Of a stretch of DNA of 64,000 nucleotides, positions 19,362 to 31,063 are shown piece after piece. A model generated the notes under the pieces. The model was not told where the DNA came from. It made no database searches and was given only the letters and a program-made list of their open reading frames with translations. Source of the DNA: Polyangiales bacterium (GTDB lineage: Bacteria > Myxococcota_A > Polyangia > Polyangiales > JADJQN01); contig CAXNJO010000002.1 in NCBI GenBank assembly GCA_964202905.1, forward strand, positions 288,001 to 352,000. The letters run 5' to 3'. The first letter of the stretch is position 1; each line of letters begins with the position of its first letter. The position numbers and the translations under genes were made by a program.

Positions 19362-20435
19362 ATGAGCGCCGCCGAGCATCGCCAAGCCTCCGATCCGAGC
19401 GTCCGCGTCGCGGTGCTCACCGTGAGCGACACGCGCACCCTCGACGACGACGCGAGCGGGCGCGCGCTCGCCGAGGGCCTCGTCGCGGGGGGCCACGCGC
19501 TGGTCGCGCGGCGCCTCGTGCGCGACGAACCCGCCGAGGTGCGACGCGAGGTCGAGGCGCTGCTCGCCGAGGGCGCGCGCGTCGTGATCACGACGGGCGG
19601 CACCGGGATCGCGGCGCGCGACACGACGTACGAGGCGCTCGAAGGGTTGATCGAGAAGCGCCTCGACGGCTTCGGCGAGTTGTTCCGCGCCCTCTCCTAC
19701 GCGCAGATCGGGCCCGCTGCGATGATGTCGCGCGCGGTCGCCGGCACGTGCCGCGGCGGCCTCGTCGTCGCCCTCCCCGGCAGCCTCGACGCGGTCACGC
19801 TCGCGCTCTCGAAGCTGCTTCTGCCCGAGCTGCCCCACCTCGCGAAGCTCGCCGCGCGCGCGGGCACCGCGCCGCCGTCCCGAGCGAAGGACGCGCACGA
19901 CGTCCCTGCGCAAGCGCCACTTTTGCCTGCGCATGCGGCCGCGGACGACGCCGTCGTCGTGCGCGACGCGGGCCCCGACGACCTCGACGCAGCGGCGCGG
20001 CTCGCGGTGAAGCTCGTGCGCTTCCACCAGGCGCTCGATCCGGCGCGCTACCTCGACGCGGAGGATCTCGAGGCGGGCTATCGCGGTTGGTTCGCGAAGG
20101 AGCTCACGCGCCCCGAGCGCGTCGTGCTGCTCGTCGCCGAGAAGGCCGGCGCGATCGTCGGCTACGCGTACGGGCGGCTCGAGGGCGCCGACTGGAACCT
20201 GCTGCTCGCCGAACACGGCGCGCTGCACGATGTGTGGGTCGAACCGGAGGCCCGCCGCGCAGGCGTCGCCCGCCGCCTCGTCACCGACACCTGCGCGCGC
20301 CTCACGCGGCTCGGCGCCCCGCGCGTCCTGCTGCACAGCGCGTGGCAGAACATCGAGGCGCACGCCCTCTTCGAGCGGCTCGGCTTCCGCCGCACGATGG
20401 TCGAGATGACGCGCGAGGCCGACGGCACCCCCTGA
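19362..20435 (+). CDS. MoaB/MogA molybdopterin adenylyltransferase domain fused to GNAT acetyltransferase
   Basis: N: VLTVSDTR, TTGGTGIAARDTTYEA, GFGELFR, SRAVAG, LPGS. C: VGYAYG, LHDVWVEPEARRAGVARRL, NIEAHALFERLGF. One uninterrupted frame. Confidence 0.87.
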   Translation: MSAAEHRQASDPSVRVAVLTVSDTRTLDDDASGRALAEGLVAGGHALVARRLVRDEPAEVRREVEALLAEGARVVITTGGTGIAARDTTYEALEGLIEKRLDGFGELFRALSYAQIGPAAMMSRAVAGTCRGGLVVALPGSLDAVTLALSKLLLPELPHLAKLAARAGTAPPSRAKDAHDVPAQAPLLPAHAAADDAVVVRDAGPDDLDAAARLAVKLVRFHQALDPARYLDAEDLEAGYRGWFAKELTRPERVVLLVAEKAGAIVGYAYGRLEGADWNLLLAEHGALHDVWVEPEARRAGVARRLVTDTCARLTRLGAPRVLLHSAWQNIEAHALFERLGFRRTMVEMTREADGTP

Positions 20436-20565
20436 CGTACGCGTCCCACAGGACGACGACCCCTGACTCTCGAGTCAGTCCGCGTCGACAGTCATGACTC
20501 TCCCGTCAGGGTTCGCGAGCGACGCGCGGGGGGAACCGCCGCGACGCCGCCCGCCGACGCGCGGT

Positions 20566-21990
<1,425 letters not shown>

Positions 21991-22102
21991 CTAACGCCCC
22001 GACGCGCGCGGGCGGGGAGCGCCGGCCCGGGCGCGTCGGCGCCGCCGACCGCGATCCGGCCGCACCCCACGGCGGCCCCACCCCGAAAGCACACCGACCG
22101 TC

Positions 22103-23146
22103 ATGTACAGCGACGTCCGCGTCATCAACGAGCTCGTGCAGCGCGAGAGCGCCTTCGTCGATCCGATCCTGCGCGAGGTCGGCAAGGTCATCGTCGGTCA
22201 GGACGCGATGGTCGAGCGCATCCTGATCGGCCTGCTGACGGGCGGCCACGTGCTGCTCGAGGGCGTCCCGGGTCTCGCGAAGACGCTCACCGTCAAGACG
22301 CTCTGCGACTGCATCCACGCGAAGTTCCAGCGGATCCAGTTCACGCCGGACCTGCTCCCCGCCGACGTCGTCGGAACCGTCATCTACAACCAGCAGCGCG
22401 GCGAGTTCAGCGCCAAGCGCGGACCGATCTTCGCGAACCTCGTGCTCGCCGACGAGATCAACCGCGCCCCCGCGAAGGTGCAGAGCGCGCTGCTCGAGGC
22501 GATGCAGGAGCTGCAGGTCACGATCGGCGACACGACCTTCCCGCTCGAGCAGCCCTTCATGGTCATGGCCACGCAGAACCCGGTCGAGCAGGAGGGCACG
22601 TATCCGCTCCCCGAGGCGCAGGTCGACCGCTTCATGTTGCACATCAAGGTCGGCTACCCGACGCGCGAAGAAGAGCGACGCATCATGGAGCGCATGGCCG
22701 ACGCCGCGCTGCTCGCCCCGTTCCGGCAGCGCGCGCAGGGCGCCGCGGGCGCCGCGCCGAACCCGCTCGCCGTGCAACCCGTCGTCACGACCGAGCAGCT
22801 CCTCGAGTCGCGCAAGATCGTCGCGCAGGTCTACGTCGACGAGAAGATCAAGGACTACATCATCGACGTCGTGGTCGCGACGCGCGACCCGAAGAAGGCG
22901 GGCCTGCGCGACCTCGGCGACATGATCGCGCACGGCGCGTCGCCACGCGCCTCGATCGCCCTGAACCTCGCGGCGCGCGCGCACGCCTTCCTCAAGCACC
23001 GCGGTTACGTGACGCCGGAGGACGTGAAGGCCGTCGGCCCCGACGTGCTGCGGCACCGCATCCTGCGCACCTACGAGGCCGAGGCCGAGGAGGTGTCGAC
23101 CGAGCAGATCGTCAAGCGCATCTTCGAGGCCGTCGAGGTCCCGTGA
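22103..23146 (+). CDS. moxR: MoxR-family AAA+ ATPase
   Basis: HVLLEGVPGLAKT, RIQFTPDLLPAD, LADEINRAPAKVQSALLEAMQE, ATQNPVEQEGTYPLPEAQVDRF, GASPR. Confidence 0.97.
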   Translation: MYSDVRVINELVQRESAFVDPILREVGKVIVGQDAMVERILIGLLTGGHVLLEGVPGLAKTLTVKTLCDCIHAKFQRIQFTPDLLPADVVGTVIYNQQRGEFSAKRGPIFANLVLADEINRAPAKVQSALLEAMQELQVTIGDTTFPLEQPFMVMATQNPVEQEGTYPLPEAQVDRFMLHIKVGYPTREEERRIMERMADAALLAPFRQRAQGAAGAAPNPLAVQPVVTTEQLLESRKIVAQVYVDEKIKDYIIDVVVATRDPKKAGLRDLGDMIAHGASPRASIALNLAARAHAFLKHRGYVTPEDVKAVGPDVLRHRILRTYEAEAEEVSTEQIVKRIFEAVEVP

Positions 23147-23174
23147 TGCCCCGCGGCGCACGCGGAGCGCTCCG

Positions 23175-24065
23175 ATGATCCCGCGCGAGATCCTCAAGAA
23201 ACTGAGGAAGATCGAGATCCACACCGCGCGGCTGGCGAACGACCAGCTCGCGGGCGGCTACCACTCCGTCTTCAAGGGGCGCGGCATGGCGTTCGCCGAG
23301 GTGCGCCAGTACCAGCCCGGCGACGACACGCGCTTCATCGACTGGAACGTGTCCGCGCGCATGAGCGACACGTACGTGAAGGTCTTCACCGAAGAGCGCG
23401 AGATGACGGTGATGCTCGTCGTCGACCTCTCGGCGAGCCAGCGCTTCGGCTCCGTGGCGCGCCCGAAGATCGAGACGGTCGCGGAGGTCGCCGCGCTGCT
23501 CGCGTTCAGCGCGATCAAGAACAACGATCGCGTCGGCTTGATCCTCTTCACCGATCGCGTCGAGGCCTTCGTCCCGCCGAAGAAGGGCAAGGGCCACGTG
23601 ATGCGCGTGGTCGCCGAGATCCTCAACGCGAAGCCCACGGGCACCGGCACCGATCTGCGCGTCGCGCTCGATCTGCTCGGCTCGGTCGCGCGGCGCCGCT
23701 CGGTGGCCTTTCTCGTCAGCGACTTCATCGTCGACGAGCGCTACGAGCGGAGCCTCCGCATCGCGGCCGCGCGGCACGACCTCATCCCGGTGCAAGTGAC
23801 CGACCCGCGCGAGGAGGAGCTGCCCGACGTCGGGCTCGCGCTGCTCGAGGACCTCGAGACCGGCACGCTCGTCGAGGTCGACACGGGCGATCCCGCGGTG
23901 CGGAGCGCCTACGCCACGCTCGTCGCGAAGGCGCGCGCGAGGCGCGAGCAGACGTTCCGGCGGCTGCGGCTCGATCACGTCACGGTGCGCACGAGCGAGG
24001 GCTACGTGCGGCCGCTCATCGATCTCTTCCGCGCGCGGCAGAGCCGCATGAAGAGGTACGGATGA
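23175..24065 (+). CDS. DUF58 vWA-like MoxR partner
   Basis: GGYHSVFKGRGMAFAEVRQYQPGDDTRFIDWNVSAR...EERE. Confidence 0.95.
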   Translation: MIPREILKKLRKIEIHTARLANDQLAGGYHSVFKGRGMAFAEVRQYQPGDDTRFIDWNVSARMSDTYVKVFTEEREMTVMLVVDLSASQRFGSVARPKIETVAEVAALLAFSAIKNNDRVGLILFTDRVEAFVPPKKGKGHVMRVVAEILNAKPTGTGTDLRVALDLLGSVARRRSVAFLVSDFIVDERYERSLRIAAARHDLIPVQVTDPREEELPDVGLALLEDLETGTLVEVDTGDPAVRSAYATLVAKARARREQTFRRLRLDHVTVRTSEGYVRPLIDLFRARQSRMKRYG

Positions 24066-25695
24066 CCCCGCGCGACGCGCGGCTCGTCGCGGCGCTCTGC
24101 GCGGGGCTGCTCGGCCTCGCCGCGAGCGGTGCGCGCGCGCAGGACGCCGGCCGCGGAGACGGCGCGTCGGGGGCGGTGCCGTTCGGCGACGTGGCGTTGC
24201 GCGACGACGCAGGCGCGCGCAGCGACGCGGGCCGCAGGCCGACGCGGGGCCGCGCGACGACACGGCCCCAGCGCCGGAGCGCGAGGAGCCGCTGCCCGAG
24301 GCGCACCGCCCGAACCTCGCGGTGACGCTCACGCCGCGCGAGGGCGTCGCGACGGGCGAGCTCCTGCACCTGACGCTGCGCGCCGACGCGCTGGTCGGCG
24401 ACGACGTCACGGTGCCGCGGCAATCTTTCGCGCCGCTCGAGGCGCACGCGCGCCGGACGCGAACCGAGCCCGCGCGCGGCGGCCGACAGACACACGTCTT
24501 CGAGCTCGACCTGCTCGCCCTCGAGCCGGGCACGCACACGCTCCCCGCCGTCACGCTGCGGGTGGTGACGGCCGACGGAATCGTGGGGAGCGTCCGCAGC
24601 GCGCCGATCCCGTTCCGCGTCCGCAGCGTGCTCGGCAACGAGCCGAACGCGCAGCCGAAGCCCGCGACACAGCCCGTCGTCGTCATGCAGGACGACTACA
24701 CGCTCGCGTGGGCGCTCGGCGCGCTCGCCGTCATCCTGCTGACCGCGCTGTTCACGTGGCTCGTCGCGCGCTGGTGGGCGCGCCGCGCGAAGGCCGCGCT
24801 GCCGCCGCCGCCGCCGCGTCCGGCGTGGGAGCGCGCGCTCGAACGCCTTGACGCAGTGCGTCGTGACGCCCGACAACTGCTCGCGGAGGGACGCGAGCGC
24901 GAGCTCGTCGATCGCATCGCCGACGCGCTCCGCGAGTACCTCGGCGGCCGCTTCGGCTTCGACGGACTCGAGAGCACGACGGACGAGATCCTCGCGCGGC
25001 TCCGCACCGCGGACGTACGCGGCGTCTCGCGCGAGGAGATCGCGTCGCTGCTCGGTGACGCCGACCTCGTGAAGTTCGCGAAGGCGGTGCCAGACGAAGC
25101 GCGCTGCGAGGCGATCCTCGCGGCCGCGTACCACGTCGTGCGCGCGACCTCGGGCGTGCATGGCGGCGGCGCGGTGTCCGTGCCCGCAGGCCCGGCCGGT
25201 GCAGCGCCAGCCAGCGCGGCCGGCGCGTGGCCCACGAGCGCCGACGCCGCGGGACGCGCGACGCCCGGCGCGGCGGACGCGCGGCCCGTGACCGCGCCCG
25301 GTGCGGCGCCCGAGGAACCCACGGCAGAAGCGACCGAGTTGCCCGACGGGAGCCTCGCGCTCGTGTTCCGCGCGCGGAGCGCCACGTCGCTCTCGGGCGC
25401 GCTCGAGCGCGGGGTGCGGGAGGCGATCGCGGCGCGGACGGCGGACCTCGGCTTCTCGGGCACGGTGCGCGTCGCGCTCGGCCCCGAGCTCCCCGACGAC
25501 GCGACCTCGCGCGAGGCGATCGTCGCCGCGCTGGCCCGGCTCGCCGGCGCGCTCCGCGAGACGCGCACCGCGCGTGGCATGCGCGTGGAGGTGCGCGTCG
25601 AGCACGCGCACGAGGCGCCGACCGAATCCGACGTCCCCGTGCGCCGATCGGTGTACGAGATGCCGACGCGACGCCGCGAGGGGGGCACGCCGTGA
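24062..25695 (+). CDS. Bat-operon membrane protein (signal peptide, BatD-like Ig domain, TM, DUF4381-like region); apparent -1 frameshift at ~24229
   Basis: Signal MTPRDARLVAALCAGLLGLAASGARA-QDAG; adding one G restores DAGPQADAGP into the 24322 frame; TM, then PPRPAWERALERL, LREYLGGRF, ESTTDEIL, ADLVKFAK. Confidence 0.78.
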
Positions 25696-26807
25696 CGCGC
25701 GTTCTCCGACTGCTCGCCCCGCTCCTCTGGACGCTCGGGGTCCTCGCGCCCGCGCTCTGGGGCGTCGCGTGGGCGGTCGAGGCGGTCTTCGGCGTGCCGC
25801 TCACCACCGGGCAGTTCCGCTTCGAGCGGCCCTGGGCCGGGCTGCTGCTCCCCGCCGCGCTGCTCGTGCTCGCCGCGCGCGGCTGGCTGCGCGAGTCGCG
25901 CGCGCCCCGCCTGCTCGTCTCACGCGGGCTCGAGCTCTCACACCTGCGGCCCGGCTGGCGCACCTGGCTCACCGGTCTGCCGACGGGGCTGCGCGTCGTC
26001 GCCGTCACGCTGCTCGCGGCCGCGCTGATGGGGCCGCAGTCGATCCACGCCCGCGATCGCACGGACGTACAGGGCATCGACATCGTGCTCACGCTCGACT
26101 GCTCGCTCTCGATGCAGGCGAACGACATCCAGCCGAACCGCTTCGACGCGACGAAGGTCGTCGTCGACGATTTCATCCGCCGCCGCGCGAACGACCGCGT
26201 CGGCGCCGTCATCTTCGGTCGCGAGGCGTACACCCTGCTGCCGCTCACCTCGGACCACGAGGCCTTGCGCGGCATGCTCGACGAGCTCCAACTCGGCATG
26301 ATCGAAGGGCGCGGCACCGCGATCGGCAACGCCATCGGCGTCTCGCTGAACCGGCTGCGCAAGAGCGACGCGAAGAGCAAGGTCATCATCCTGCTCACGG
26401 ACGGCGACTCGAACAGCGGCAACGTCTCCCCCGATCAGGCCGCCGAGTTCGCCAAGACGATGGGCGTGAAGGTCTACACGGTGCTCATGGGGCAGGCGGC
26501 CGACGCTCAGGTGCAGCAGGGCGTCGACTTCTTCGGCCGCCCGGTCTTCGACCGCGGCAGCTTCCCCATCAACCCCGCGTTGCTCGAGTCGATGGCGCAG
26601 CGCACGGGGGGCGAGGCTCTCCGCGCGACGGATCGGCAGGGGCTTGAGCGGAGCTTCCACGCGATCCTCGATCGCCTCGAACGCAGCGTGATCGAGGACA
26701 CCGGGCGCGTGTACGGCGAGCTGTTTCCAGCGTTCGTCGCCCCCGCGCTCCTGCTGCTCCTCGTCGAGTTACTCGTCGCGACGCTCGTGCTGCGGAGGTT
26801 CCCGTGA
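25692..26807 (+). CDS. batA: BatA-like vWA membrane protein
   Basis: GIDIVLTLDCSLSM (MIDAS), NRFDATK, PLTSDH, GTAIGNAI, VIILLTDGDSNSG; GTGA overlap. Confidence 0.92.
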   Translation: MTRVLRLLAPLLWTLGVLAPALWGVAWAVEAVFGVPLTTGQFRFERPWAGLLLPAALLVLAARGWLRESRAPRLLVSRGLELSHLRPGWRTWLTGLPTGLRVVAVTLLAAALMGPQSIHARDRTDVQGIDIVLTLDCSLSMQANDIQPNRFDATKVVVDDFIRRRANDRVGAVIFGREAYTLLPLTSDHEALRGMLDELQLGMIEGRGTAIGNAIGVSLNRLRKSDAKSKVIILLTDGDSNSGNVSPDQAAEFAKTMGVKVYTVLMGQAADAQVQQGVDFFGRPVFDRGSFPINPALLESMAQRTGGEALRATDRQGLERSFHAILDRLERSVIEDTGRVYGELFPAFVAPALLLLLVELLVATLVLRRFP

Positions 26808-27901
26808 CCTGGGGTGCGCCCTCCGTGCTCTGGCTGCTGCTCGGGCTGCCCTTCGTGGCGGGGCTGCCGCTCTTCGCGGCCTTCCTGCGGAAGCGGGCCG
26901 CGGCGCGCTTCGGGACGGCCGAGAACCTCGCGGCGCTGCAGGTCGGGCGCCCGGCTGGGTTCCGCGCCGCACGCGCGGTGCTGCTCGTGCTCGGCTTCGT
27001 GCTGCTGGTGATGGCGCTCGCGCGGCCGCAATATGGCTCGCGCACGCGCATCCTGCGCAAGCGCGGGGTCGACGTGGTCGTCGCCCTCGACTTCTCGAAG
27101 AGCATGCTCGCACGCGACGTGCGCCCGAGCCGCATCGAGCGGGCCAAGGCCGAGCTGACGCGGCTGCTCGGCGACCTCGACGGCGATCGCGTGGGCATCG
27201 TGGCCTTCGCCGGCGAGACGATGGAGTTCCCCATGACCATCGACATGTCGGCCGCGACCCTGTTCTTCCGCGACCTCGGCCCGTACGACATGCCCGTCGG
27301 CGGCACGGCCATCGGCCGGGCCCTCGTCGCCGCGAAGAGCCTGCTCGACCGCAGCGCCCCGCGGCAGACGCCGATCGCCGCTGAGGCGCAACCCAACTCG
27401 GGCCGCTCGCGCGTCGTCATCCTCATGACGGACGGCGAGGACCACGAGGGCGATCCGCTCGAGGCCGCGCGCGCGCTCGCCGCGGACGGCGTCACGATCT
27501 TCGTGGTCGGCATCGGCTCGTCGACCGGCGAGCCCATCCCCACCTACGCCCCCGACGGCACGTGGACCGGCTACATGCGCGGCGAGGACGGCCAGCCCGT
27601 GCTCACCTCCCTCACCGCCGCGGCCGAGGAGCAGCTCCGCGAGATCGCCCGGCTCGGACGCGGGCGCTACTTCCGCGCGGAGCGGGGCGGCGTGGGCGTC
27701 GAGGAGATCCGGCGCGCGATGCGGCGGCTGCGTCAGGACGAGCAGCGCTCCCGGCGCATCACGGTGCACGAGGATCGCTACGCGCTCGTGCTCCTGCCCG
27801 CGTTCCTGCTCATCCTGCTCGAAGCGCTCCTGCCCGACGCCTGGCTCGGACGGACGCGCCGCCGCAAGCCGCAACCCCCGCCGCGCGAGGAGACCCCGTG
27901 A
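26804..27901 (+). CDS. batB: BatB-like vWA membrane protein
   Basis: ALARPQYG, VVALDFSKSMLARDVRPSRIERAK, GDRVGIVAFAG, TDGEDHEG. Confidence 0.92.
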   Translation: MTWGAPSVLWLLLGLPFVAGLPLFAAFLRKRAAARFGTAENLAALQVGRPAGFRAARAVLLVLGFVLLVMALARPQYGSRTRILRKRGVDVVVALDFSKSMLARDVRPSRIERAKAELTRLLGDLDGDRVGIVAFAGETMEFPMTIDMSAATLFFRDLGPYDMPVGGTAIGRALVAAKSLLDRSAPRQTPIAAEAQPNSGRSRVVILMTDGEDHEGDPLEAARALAADGVTIFVVGIGSSTGEPIPTYAPDGTWTGYMRGEDGQPVLTSLTAAAEEQLREIARLGRGRYFRAERGGVGVEEIRRAMRRLRQDEQRSRRITVHEDRYALVLLPAFLLILLEALLPDAWLGRTRRRKPQPPPREETP

Positions 27902-29087
27902 CGCCGCCCCCCCGCCCGCACAGCCGCCCGAGCACGCGCGTGCGCGCCCTCGCCGCGCTCTCGCTCGCCGCGGGCCTCGCCCTCGCGCAGGGCGCCCTCG
28001 CCGCCCGGGCGCATGCGTGGGAATGGTTCCGGGGCGAGAACGGGAACGTGCGCGAGGGCAACGAGCGCCTCCGCGCGAACGACGCCGCAGGGGCGCTCCG
28101 CGCCTACGAGCTCGCCGCGCGCGAGCTGCCTTCGGACCCGGGCGTGCACTTGAACCGCGGGCTCGCCCTGCTCGCCCTCGCCGAGCACGACAAGGCCCGC
28201 GAGGCCTTCCTGCTCGCGACCGAGCCGCCCGCCCCCGCGACCATCCGCGCCGCCGCCTACTACGACCTCGGCCTCGCGTTCTACCGTCAGGCCGACGCCG
28301 CCGCGACGGCCGCCGCGGGCGATGCCGTCGCGCAGGGTGGCGCCGTGCCCGGCGGCCCGGCGCCCCTGCCCGGCGCGCCCGCGCACGACGCCCAGCGGCG
28401 CCGCGGCGCCCGCGGGGGGCGGGGTGGTGCCTGCGCCGCAGCCCGATCACCGCGAAGCACAGCGCCTCTTCCGCGAGGCCGCCGACGGCTTCCGGCGCTC
28501 GCTCCGCATCCTGCCCGGCAGCCGCGACGCGGCGTGGAACCTCGAGCTCGCGCTGCGGCGGATCCGCGATGAGGAGGAGGCCCAGCGCCAGCAGGAGGCG
28601 CAGCGCCGCGCCGAGCAGGAGCAGCAGCAACAGGACCCGCAACAGCCGCAAGACCAGCCGCCGCAGGACGGGCAGCAGGGCGACTCCCAGCAGGACCAGC
28701 CGCCGCAGGACGGGCAGCAGGGCGACTCCCAGCAGGACCAGCCGCCGCAGGACGGGCAGCAGGGCGACTCCCCACAGCAGCAGGACGGGCAACCGCAGGA
28801 CCCGCAGCAGCCGGAGGGGCAGCCGCAGCCCCAGCCGGGCCAGGACGGGCAGCCGCAGCGCCAGCCGGGCGAGGCGCAGGCAGCCGCGCGCGCCGGAGCC
28901 CGGCGAGGGCCGCGAGCCGCAGGGAGGTGGCCAGGAAGGCGCGCCATCGGCGCCCCCTGGAGAGGGCCTGCCCGCGGAGGCCGCGCGCGTGCTCGACGCG
29001 CTGCGCGACGGCGAGGACAACCTCGAGCGCTACCGGGCCCGCGCCCGCGCGCTCCGCGAGAACCGCGCCCCGGCGCAGGACTGGTGA
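27898..29087 (+). CDS. batC: BatC-like TPR protein with Gln-rich linker; two apparent +1 frameshifts (~28392, ~28880)
   Basis: Signal peptide; TPR HLNRGLAL/YYDLGLAFYR; AAWNLELALRR; Q-rich tract; C-terminal AARVLDAL...QDW* typical of BatC; pieces lie in three frames. Confidence 0.8.
28649..28774 (+). repeat. 42-nt coding tandem repeat x3 (QDQPPQDGQQGDSQ)
   Basis: caggaccagccgccgcaggacgggcagcagggcgactcccag three times, near identical. Confidence 0.92.
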
Positions 29088-31063
29088 GCGTGAGCCGCCA
29101 GCGCCACGCCCCCATCCATGTGTATTCATTGGGCGTTCGTGCCTCGATCGGCGCCCTTTGGGCCGTGCTCGGCCTGCTCGGCTGGGGGCTTGTGCCGGGC
29201 GTCGCGCACGCGCAGTCGGCGACGGTCCGGCTGGCCTCGGATCGCGCGTCGCTCGCCGTCGGCGACACGCTCGTGCTCGAGATCCGCGTCGAGGCGACGG
29301 GCGCGCGCGTCGAGGCGATCGAGCCGCCCGACCTCTCGGGCTTCGACGTGATCTCGCGGCGCATCGCGACCCCGATGAGCTTCCAGTTCGGCTTCGGGGG
29401 GCAAACGCAGGTGGTGCAGTCCTCGACGATCCAGACGCTCGAGCTGCTCGCGCGTCGCCCCGGGCGGTACGCGCTCAAGCCCGCCCGCGCCGTCGTCGGG
29501 GGGCGGCGCTTCGAGAGCAACCGCCTCACGCTCGTCGTGGTGCCCGCCGGTCAGGCGCCACCCGCGGTGCCGCTGCAAGGGGGCTCGGTGCCCCCCGGCA
29601 GTGCCCCCGAGCCACTCCCGGCGGACGCGCCGCCCACGGACCCGCTCGCGCCGCCGACGGGCCGACTCGACGGCGCGCAGTTCGATCCCGAGGCGTTCCT
29701 GCGCACCGTCGTCGACAAGCGCGAGCCGTGGGTGGGGGAGCAGGTCACGGTGACCGTCTACCTCTACGTGCGGGGCGGGATCCGCAGCGCGCCCGCTGCG
29801 TCCCGCGAGCCCACGGCCGAGGGCTTCTGGGTCCACGATCTGCTGCCGCCGCAGCGCGCGCTCGAGGCGACGGAGCAGAGCGTCGATGGCACGACGTTCC
29901 GCGTCTACGTGCTGCGGCGCTTCGCGGCGTTCCCGCTGCGCGCGGGCGAGCTCTCGATCGGCGCGATGACGCTCGACGTGCCGACGGGCACCGTGTTCGA
30001 CCTCTTCGGCGCGACGCCGCAGCGCGCCCTCCGCCGCGAGGGCGTGGCCGTGTCCCTGCGCGCCCGCCCGCTCCCGGATGCGGGTCGACCGCCGGGCGAG
30101 GCGCACGTCGGGCGCTTCACCGTCGAGGCCTCGCTCGATCGGACGCAGGTGGCGACCGGCGACGCGGTCACGCTGACGGCGCGCGTGCGCGGCAGCGGCA
30201 ACCTCCGCGACGTGCGCCTGCCGACGCCGACCCTCGAGGGGCTCTCCTTCCTCGAGCCGCAGATCAAGGACGAGATCGAGGCGCCCGGCGATCTCGTCGG
30301 CGGCGTGCGCACGCTCGAATGGCTGGTCGTGCCGCGCAACCCCGGGGCCTTCACCCTGCCGGCGCTCGGGTTCGCGACCTTCGACCCCGCGACCGGCGCG
30401 TACGGACGCGCCGAGTCCACGCCGCTCACGCTCGTCGCCGCGGGCAATGCGCTCGCGGCGCCTGCGCCGGAGGAGCCGCCCCCCGCCGCGGACACGGAGC
30501 CCGCCGCCGAAGGCGACGACGCCGAGACGGCCGGCGCGTACGGCGCCCTCCGCACGGCGAGCGCGCTCCGGCGCCACGCGCGCACGCTGCCCGAGCAGCC
30601 GTGGTTCCCCTTCGCGCTCGGCGCGCCGCCCGCGCTCTGGCTCGCCCTGCTCCTCGCGTTCGCCGCGCGCAGACGGGTGCAGGCACGCGCCGACGCGGGC
30701 GCGCCGCAGCGGGCGATCCGTGGGGCACGCAAGCGCCTCGCGAAGGCCGATGCCCTCGCGAAGTCGGGCGACGCGCGCGGCTGCTACGGCGAGCTCTCGA
30801 GCGCGCTCAAGTCCGCCCTCGAGGCACGGCTCGGCGAGCCGATCGGGGGGCTCACCCTCACCGCCCTCCGCGCACGCCTCGGCGAGCGCGCGATGCCCGC
30901 AGAGCTCGCGGCGCGCCTCGTCGACGAGTTGGAGGGCGCCGAGTTCGCGCGCTTCAGCGCGAGCGGCGCGACGCCCGACGAGCTCGCCCGCGCGATCGAC
31001 CGCGCGCAGTCGCTGCTCGAGCGGATCGACCGTTTTTCACCAAGCGCGGAGGAGCGCCCATGA
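29084..31063 (+). CDS. batD: BatD-like protein
   Basis: Signal ending AHA-QS; repeated Ig-like BatD modules (WVGEQVTVTVYLY, GDAVTLTARVRGSGNL, FATFDPATGAY); C-terminal TM; GTGA overlap with batC stop. Confidence 0.88.
   Translation: MSVSRQRHAPIHVYSLGVRASIGALWAVLGLLGWGLVPGVAHAQSATVRLASDRASLAVGDTLVLEIRVEATGARVEAIEPPDLSGFDVISRRIATPMSFQFGFGGQTQVVQSSTIQTLELLARRPGRYALKPARAVVGGRRFESNRLTLVVVPAGQAPPAVPLQGGSVPPGSAPEPLPADAPPTDPLAPPTGRLDGAQFDPEAFLRTVVDKREPWVGEQVTVTVYLYVRGGIRSAPAASREPTAEGFWVHDLLPPQRALEATEQSVDGTTFRVYVLRRFAAFPLRAGELSIGAMTLDVPTGTVFDLFGATPQRALRREGVAVSLRARPLPDAGRPPGEAHVGRFTVEASLDRTQVATGDAVTLTARVRGSGNLRDVRLPTPTLEGLSFLEPQIKDEIEAPGDLVGGVRTLEWLVVPRNPGAFTLPALGFATFDPATGAYGRAESTPLTLVAAGNALAAPAPEEPPPAADTEPAAEGDDAETAGAYGALRTASALRRHARTLPEQPWFPFALGAPPALWLALLLAFAARRRVQARADAGAPQRAIRGARKRLAKADALAKSGDARGCYGELSSALKSALEARLGEPIGGLTLTALRARLGERAMPAELAARLVDELEGAEFARFSASGATPDELARAIDRAQSLLERIDRFSPSAEERP

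Noticed and set aside
28322..31063. 913-aa BatC-BatD fusion
   Set aside because: The true BatC end (…QDW*) is in another frame and BatD has its own GTG and signal peptide; caused by indels
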